64,000 nt of DNA from Erysipelotrichaceae bacterium. GTDB taxonomy: Bacteria > Bacillota_I > Bacilli_A > RFN20 > CAG-826. The notes under the pieces were generated by a model, which saw nothing but the letters and a program-made list of their open reading frames with translations, was not told the origin of the DNA and made no database searches. The first letter of the stretch is position 1. Each line of letters begins with the position of its first letter. Shown here piece by piece: positions 58,490 through 64,000 of the stretch. The position numbers were made by a program, and so were the translations under genes. The stretch covers positions 934 through 64,933 of the forward strand of contig JAAYSH010000035.1 of assembly GCA_012518415.1 (NCBI GenBank), read 5' to 3'.

Positions 58490-59893
58490 TTAATATTTAA
58501 TTGAACCAGCAGTTCTTGGATATGGTTGAACGTCACGAATATTTTGAATCCCAGTTAAATACATAATTAAACGGTCAAAACCTATTCCAAACCCTGAAGT
58601 TTGGACACCACCGTATTTTCTTAAGTCTAAATACCATTCAAGTCCTTCGATGTTTCCTTGTTCTTCCATTTTTTTCTTTAAAACATCATAGCGTTCTTCA
58701 CGTTGTGAGCCGCCGACAAGTTCGCCGACATAAGGGACAAGCAAATCACAAGCGGCAACGGTTTTTCCGTCATCATTTTCGCGCATATAAAATGCTTTAA
58801 TTTCGCGCGGATAATCGGTGACAAATACTGGTCCTTTAATAACTTGATCAGTAATATATCGCTCGTGTTCTGTCGCTAAGTCCATCCCCCAGAAAATATC
58901 AGGGTTATCAAACGCAAATCCGTCTGCTTTTGCTTTTTCTAATAATTCAATCGCTTCTGTATATGTAATTCGTTTAAACTCACTTGCTAATACATCATGA
59001 AGGCGGTCGCTTAGAGTTTTGTCGACGAATTTATTGAAAAAGTCCATTTCTTCTTGGCAATGAAGTAAGACATAACTAATACAATACTTAATACATTCTT
59101 CAATTAAATCCATATTATCTTCTAAATCAGCGAAAGCAATTTCAGGTTCAATCATCCAAAATTCACTTGCATGTCGACTTGTGTGCGATGCCTCTGCTCT
59201 AAAGGTTGGACCGAATGTGTAAACATCGCGGTAAGCTTGCGCGAATGCTTCAACATGTAATTGCCCAGATACAGTAATGCCGACTTTTTTACCGTAAAAA
59301 TCATCTAAAGAATTATCTTTACCAGTAACTAAATAAAATATCTCCCCTGCACCTTCAGCATCGTTAGATGTAATTATTGGTGTATGGACATAAACAAAGC
59401 CCATCTCATGAAAAAAGTTATGAATTGCAAATGATAATTCACTTCTTAGCCTAAATACTGCGTTAAACGTATTCGCCTTTGGCCTTAGATGAGCGATTTC
59501 ACGTAAAAACTCAAACGAATGCCGCTTCTTTTGGAGCGGATAATCACTTGGTGCATCCGCTAATAATTCAAATTCATCTAATTTAATTTCAAAGGGCTGC
59601 TTTGCATCAGGAGTTAAAATTAACTCCCCAGTTACGCTAATAGCGGCACCAGTTCTTAATTTCGATAAATCTTGGAAATGGACGTTTTCTTTTTGATAAA
59701 CGATTTGAACATTTTTAAAGTATGTTCCATCATTTAATTCTAAAAAACCAACGTTACCGTTATCACGATTCGTTCTTATCCAGCCTTGTAAGGCAACTTT
59801 TGTTTGAATATTTTTTAACTCTTCTTCGCTACCAAAGTTTATAACTTCATATAAATAGCGCGATACATGTGGTGTAATCATCTGCTCCTCCAT
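58490..59893 (-). CDS. asnS: Asparagine--tRNA ligase
   Basis: Class II aaRS motifs; [21 protein letters not shown] is characteristic of AsnRS; 467 aa. Confidence 0.9.
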   Translation of the reverse strand: MEEQMITPHVSRYLYEVINFGSEEELKNIQTKVALQGWIRTNRDNGNVGFLELNDGTYFKNVQIVYQKENVHFQDLSKLRTGAAISVTGELILTPDAKQPFEIKLDEFELLADAPSDYPLQKKRHSFEFLREIAHLRPKANTFNAVFRLRSELSFAIHNFFHEMGFVYVHTPIITSNDAEGAGEIFYLVTGKDNSLDDFYGKKVGITVSGQLHVEAFAQAYRDVYTFGPTFRAEASHTSRHASEFWMIEPEIAFADLEDNMDLIEECIKYCISYVLLHCQEEMDFFNKFVDKTLSDRLHDVLASEFKRITYTEAIELLEKAKADGFAFDNPDIFWGMDLATEHERYITDQVIKGPVFVTDYPREIKAFYMRENDDGKTVAACDLLVPYVGELVGGSQREERYDVLKKKMEEQGNIEGLEWYLDLRKYGGVQTSGFGIGFDRLIMYLTGIQNIRDVQPYPRTAGSIKY

Positions 59894-59931
59894 TACTTAA
59901 TATATTATAAGCAAATAAAAATTGTTTTACA

Positions 59932-60945
59932 TTAAAAGTTCCGAAAATCATCAATTTGCCAGTTTGGGTCTGCTCCTAAAGTTAACGGAGCAAAAAGTTT
60001 TTCTTTGTATAAATGCCGCGCAAGTTGAGCAATCATTGCCGCTTGATCGGTTGTCGCCCATAACGGCGGTATTGTTGCACTTATACCTTCTAATTCTAAA
60101 AGCCGCGGCAATTCGCTACGTAAATATGAGTTAGCCGAAACTCCCCCAGCAATAACTACTTGTTTTACATCGTATTCTTTTGCGGCTCTTAGTGCCTTTT
60201 CAATAATAATATTCATAACCTTATATTGAAACGATGCGCATAAATCAGGAACATTTATCTGTTCGCCTTTTTGTTTGGCATTATGAACTAAGTTAATAAT
60301 GTGTGTTTTAACCCCAGAGAAAGAAAAATCATAACTGCCATCATGTAGTAATGGCTGCGGGATATCGTATGCATGTTTATTCCCTGTCTTAGCAAGCCGG
60401 TCAATTGGAACACCGCCTGGATAACCTAAATCTAAGACACGCGCGACCTTATCATAACACTCACCAATCGCATCATCGCGAGTTGTACCAATAATTTCAA
60501 ACTCTAAGTGTCGCGGCATATAAACAAATTCCGTATTACCGCCGCTAACAACGACTGCTAAAAGCGGAAATTCAAGTTGTCCGATAAATTCATTCGCATA
60601 TACATGGGCGGCAAGATGGTGAACTGGGATAAGCGGCTTATTATAAAGCATCGCAAGTGTTTTCGCTGCTTGAACTCCGACATGAAGTGCCCCAATTAAA
60701 CCAGGACCGCGGGTAACCGCAAAAGCATCGATATCTTCAAATGTTAACTTACTTTGATGAAGTGCTTCTTTTAAACATGCGCCAATATTTTCACTATGAA
60801 GACGTGAAGCCATTTCAGGCATCACCCCGCCATATTTTTCATGCATTTCAACTTGGCTTGAAACAACGTTACATAAAAGTTTATCGCCATCAGTGATTGC
60901 GACACTTGTTTCATCACAACTTGTTTCAATTGCTAAGATTTTCAT
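59932..60945 (-). CDS. tsaD: tRNA N6-adenosine threonylcarbamoyltransferase
   Basis: MKILAIETSCDETSVAI Kae1/TsaD N-terminus; 337 aa. Confidence 0.93.
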   Translation of the reverse strand: MKILAIETSCDETSVAITDGDKLLCNVVSSQVEMHEKYGGVMPEMASRLHSENIGACLKEALHQSKLTFEDIDAFAVTRGPGLIGALHVGVQAAKTLAMLYNKPLIPVHHLAAHVYANEFIGQLEFPLLAVVVSGGNTEFVYMPRHLEFEIIGTTRDDAIGECYDKVARVLDLGYPGGVPIDRLAKTGNKHAYDIPQPLLHDGSYDFSFSGVKTHIINLVHNAKQKGEQINVPDLCASFQYKVMNIIIEKALRAAKEYDVKQVVIAGGVSANSYLRSELPRLLELEGISATIPPLWATTDQAAMIAQLARHLYKEKLFAPLTLGADPNWQIDDFRNF

Positions 60946-61399
60946 TACTTCTCATCTCCCTCATCATATAGATCGCGTTTTCCCCGTCTGCATAATAACC
61001 TAGCTTTTTATGTGAAACAAAAAAACCAGTTTTTAAATATAACTTGCGAGCTGCGAGATTACTTTCGCGAACTTCTAAAGTCATCATCTTTACTTCTTCA
61101 ACCATCGATACGCGGCGAATAATATCGTTAAGCAAAAGGGTCGCAAGTCCGACACCTCGGGCGTCTTCGCTAATTGCAATTTGGGCGATTGTTGCGCTAT
61201 TATACGTAACCCAGTACGAGGCAAAGCCAAGGACAACATCATCATAAGTTAAGACTAATAAATGGGCGATTGGATTTTCATATAAATCATAATACATATC
61301 CTCAAGTCGCCAAGGATCGATAAACGATTCCTCTTCAATCTTCATAACTGCATCTAAGTCTTTTTCTTCCATTGGACGTATAAAAATACTTTTACTCAT
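60926..61399 (-). CDS. rimI: Ribosomal-protein-alanine N-acetyltransferase (GNAT)
   Basis: GNAT fold motifs (IAISEDARGVGLATLLL); sits between tsaB and tsaD. Confidence 0.8.
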   Translation of the reverse strand: MSKSIFIRPMEEKDLDAVMKIEEESFIDPWRLEDMYYDLYENPIAHLLVLTYDDVVLGFASYWVTYNSATIAQIAISEDARGVGLATLLLNDIIRRVSMVEEVKMMTLEVRESNLAARKLYLKTGFFVSHKKLGYYADGENAIYMMREMRSNENLSN

Positions 61400-61403
61400 A
61401 TTT

Positions 61404-61988
61404 CTAGTCCTTTAAATAAATCGCATTTAATAAAAGCGGATCATCTAACTTATTTAGTTTGTGCTTATATTTAAGCATATTACTAAAGCGATTAAATGGA
61501 GCGCTCTTTTTATTTAAATACTTCGTATCACCAGTTAATAAGTAAGTAGGATGCTCTTCTAAATACTTATTTAACTCATCATTAGTAATAATTTTATCAT
61601 CAACAAGCGCTTCACCTTCAAAATACACTCCTACATAGGAGCGCTTTCTTCTTGCATTCATTACACAGACGCTTGGACTACCTTCGCCTGCCATAATTTG
61701 TAAGGAACTCGCTTCATAAATCGGGACCATAAGGGCAAGTCCAATAACTTTCGCGATTGTAACTGCAATTCTAACTCCCGTGTATGAACCAGGTCCAATT
61801 CCAACAATTACTTCATTAATATCTCGCGGATTAATATTTTTATCGGTGCACAGCTTATTAATCGCATCGACCATTAGTTCACTTTGCATTTGAAAAGCTT
61901 CTTGCTCAATCGATCCGATTAGGACATTATTTTTAGCAAGTCCAACCGATAAGTTTGCTCCACTAGAATCAAGTAATAAAGTAATCAT
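61404..61988 (-). CDS. tsaB: tRNA threonylcarbamoyladenosine biosynthesis protein TsaB
   Basis: Inactive Kae1 paralog (MITLLLDSSGANLSVGL); tsaE-tsaB-rimI-tsaD synteny. Confidence 0.85.
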   Translation of the reverse strand: MITLLLDSSGANLSVGLAKNNVLIGSIEQEAFQMQSELMVDAINKLCTDKNINPRDINEVIVGIGPGSYTGVRIAVTIAKVIGLALMVPIYEASSLQIMAGEGSPSVCVMNARRKRSYVGVYFEGEALVDDKIITNDELNKYLEEHPTYLLTGDTKYLNKKSAPFNRFSNMLKYKHKLNKLDDPLLLNAIYLKD

Positions 61989-62449
61989 TTAATTAATCGT
62001 TCGTATTCCTCTAATAATTTTTGATAACGCTCGCCTGTTGAAGTAAAAGTAAGTGTTCGACTACTTGTTCCAACATTGACGATTTCAATATTTAACTGTG
62101 ATTTTGGTAAATACTCCTCGATATACTGCGGCCATTCGACAACAGTAACACCATCACCATCAATGAATTCTTCTAAACCGATATCTTTATTCCCATCTTC
62201 AAGCCGATAGGCATCAATGTGATAAAGCGGAATTCTTCCATAAAAATATGGTTTTAAAATATTAAAAGTTGGGGAATTTACCCGGTCTTTAACGTCTAAA
62301 GCTTTGGCTAATCCTTGGACAAAGGCTGTTTTTCCAGCACCAAGGTCACCACTAAAAGTTATAACATCACCTCTTGATAATAAAGGTGCAAGATTTTCTG
62401 CTAATTGCTTAGTTTGTTCTAATGAATTTGACATGACTGTAATTTTCAT
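61985..62449 (-). CDS. tsaE: tRNA threonylcarbamoyladenosine biosynthesis ATPase TsaE
   Basis: GDLGAGKTAFVQG P-loop; 154 aa. Confidence 0.88.
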   Translation of the reverse strand: MKITVMSNSLEQTKQLAENLAPLLSRGDVITFSGDLGAGKTAFVQGLAKALDVKDRVNSPTFNILKPYFYGRIPLYHIDAYRLEDGNKDIGLEEFIDGDGVTVVEWPQYIEEYLPKSQLNIEIVNVGTSSRTLTFTSTGERYQKLLEEYERLIK

Positions 62450-62539
62450 AGTTTACCTTCCTTTATGTCCAGGCGTAATTATAGCATAATTAACGATTTT
62501 ACCTATAATATTATGTATACAATGCCGAGGTGTTTATTT

Positions 62540-63445
62540 ATGAAATTATATGATTTAGCAATTATTGGCGCGGGCCCAATCGGGCTTATCGCTGCGAGAA
62601 AAGCCCAGGACGCTAATTTAAATACAATTATTTTTGAATCTCGAGAGCGCGTTGGTGGACAAGCGATTGAACTATATCCCGAAAAGGAAGTCGTCGATTT
62701 AATTGATACGCCAGTCATGTTAGCGAAAGATTATGTCGATTTACTCGTTGATAAACTAGAGTTTAATGAGCGACTAACTCTAAAACTTAATACATCTGTA
62801 GTTAAAGTCGAAAGTAAAGATGATTATGTTAGTGTGATTACTTCTAGTGGTGAAGTATGGGCGAGCAATGTCATTGTTGCGACTGGTTTAGGTATATATA
62901 CTCCGCGCCCAATGGGAGTTGAAGGCGAAGATAAATACGAAGAAATTGCTTACTCCGTCCAAGATTTTTCGCATTTTAGCGATAAAAAAGTATTAATTCT
63001 GGGCGGCGGCGATAGTGCAATCGACTGGGCGAAGATGGTTTCTCGGATTAGTAGGGATGTTTATTTAATTCACCGCCGTAATACTTTTCGCGGCAACATC
63101 AACACAATCGATGGAATTGATACAATTACTATATTAACTCCGTATGTTCCAAAAGAAATTATTGGTGAAAACGGTAGACTAAAAGCATTAATAGTCGAAC
63201 ATACCGAAACGAAAGAGTTGGTTAGTTTAGATGCTGATTACATTTTAGTTAACTACGGAAATATCCCTCGTGGGGACTCGCTTGGATTAGAAAGTTTAAA
63301 CCGGGGAATTAAAGTTGATGAGAACTTTTCCGCTGGTCGAAATATTTATGTCGCAGGTGATGTCGCGGCTTATCCAAATAAAAAGAAGCGAATTCTCCCA
63401 GGAATTGAGGAACTCGCTCGTATTTTCAAACAAATTATTACTTAG
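62540..63445 (+). CDS. FAD-dependent ferredoxin--NADP+ reductase type 2 (YumC-like), a thioredoxin-reductase-fold protein with no CxxC
   Basis: IIGAGPIGL (FAD-binding), LYPEK, ILGGGDSAIDWA, IHRR..FR, LVNYG and AGDV motifs shared with B. subtilis YumC. Start set at MKLYD (GAGGTG RBS); the listed ORF start at 62465 is over-extended. Confidence 0.75.
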   Translation: MKLYDLAIIGAGPIGLIAARKAQDANLNTIIFESRERVGGQAIELYPEKEVVDLIDTPVMLAKDYVDLLVDKLEFNERLTLKLNTSVVKVESKDDYVSVITSSGEVWASNVIVATGLGIYTPRPMGVEGEDKYEEIAYSVQDFSHFSDKKVLILGGGDSAIDWAKMVSRISRDVYLIHRRNTFRGNINTIDGIDTITILTPYVPKEIIGENGRLKALIVEHTETKELVSLDADYILVNYGNIPRGDSLGLESLNRGIKVDENFSAGRNIYVAGDVAAYPNKKKRILPGIEELARIFKQIIT

Positions 63446-63446
63446 T

Positions 63447-63989
63447 CTAGCGTTTTACTTCCGCAGAGAATATTGAATAATATTTTCTTACATATTCATC
63501 ACTAAAAGGGGGGAACCCCTTTTTCATTTGATTTAAAACTTTCTTTGTTTGATCAATTAAAACAGTAATTAAATCTTCGCTATATCCATACTTTTTTATA
63601 TGGGCAACGTATTCTTTTTCATCGAGTAAGAGTATATCCCCACTAGGGAACTTCTTAATATCAAGATCGTAGTCGATATATTTAATAATCCCCTTATGCA
63701 TAATTGATGGTGAGGCGATATTTGTATAAAAGGAGATACCCTCTTCTTTAAACATGGCGATTGTATTCCACCAGTAGGTTTTAGAGTAAAAGGTGACGGA
63801 AGGTTCTTTTGTCCACCACCGCCGACCGTTTTCTTCAATTACTTTCGTCTTTTTACTTGCAACAATAAAAAACTCATCGTTATCTTCAACTAAATAATTT
63901 CTCTCCCACATCCGATGGAGTGAGCCATCATGTTTATAACTTTGAACAATTAGCCAATTATTATTCGGATTAAAACTCATAATACCCAC
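63447..63989 (-). CDS. DUF402/UPF0374-family protein (nucleoside tri-/diphosphatase-like)
   Basis: 180 aa; the YKHDGSLHRMW N-terminal motif recalls the Firmicute YgaC/Ntdp family. Assigned from memory, not verified. Confidence 0.45.
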   Translation of the reverse strand: MGIMSFNPNNNWLIVQSYKHDGSLHRMWERNYLVEDNDEFFIVASKKTKVIEENGRRWWTKEPSVTFYSKTYWWNTIAMFKEEGISFYTNIASPSIMHKGIIKYIDYDLDIKKFPSGDILLLDEKEYVAHIKKYGYSEDLITVLIDQTKKVLNQMKKGFPPFSDEYVRKYYSIFSAEVKR

Positions 63990-64000
63990 GTTTCTATTTT

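Overview
Low-GC core chromosomal segment of a Firmicutes/Tenericutes-type bacterium, with almost every gene on the minus strand. The standard genetic code is in use: the gatA and tgt TGA stops overlap the gatB and queA ATG starts (ATGA overlaps), and Trp is encoded by TGG. There is no L30 gene (rpmD) between rpsE and rplO, which is Mollicutes-like, so an Acholeplasma-like lineage is plausible; this is inference.

Reading the minus strand, gene order follows Bacillus subtilis: cysS-rlmB-sigH-rpmG-secE-nusG-rplK-rplA-rplJ-rplL-ybxB-like methyltransferase-rpoB-rpoC, then a three-gene insertion, then the str operon (rpsL-rpsG-fusA-tuf). A complete S10-spc-alpha ribosomal cluster (rpsJ through rplQ, including secY-adk-map-infA-rpmJ-rpsM-rpsK-rpoA) lies at 28.5-43.4 kb. 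Beyond it are a queuosine salvage module (queT-tgt-queA-queH), gatCAB-ligA-pcrA, asnS and tsaE-tsaB-rimI-tsaD.

Non-core content:
- Two tandem RDD-family membrane proteins downstream of tuf (568-3021).
- A three-gene insertion between rpoC and rpsL: a polytopic membrane protein plus two tandem M6/InhA-like zinc metalloprotease lipoproteins (7944-12597).
- A ~240 bp element with 27 bp terminal inverted repeats upstream of rpsL (7687-7923).
- A secreted protein with a Flg_new-like C-terminus (43875-44642).
- A translationally coupled three-gene operon of uncharacterised membrane proteins (56190-58283), divergent from a membrane-anchored thioredoxin-like gene.

Several ribosomal proteins (S5, L5, S17, L22) carry long charged extensions. 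Two small ribosomal protein genes missed by the ORF track (rpmG, rpmJ) were found by hand. No CRISPR array, tRNA, rRNA or obvious transposase was seen.
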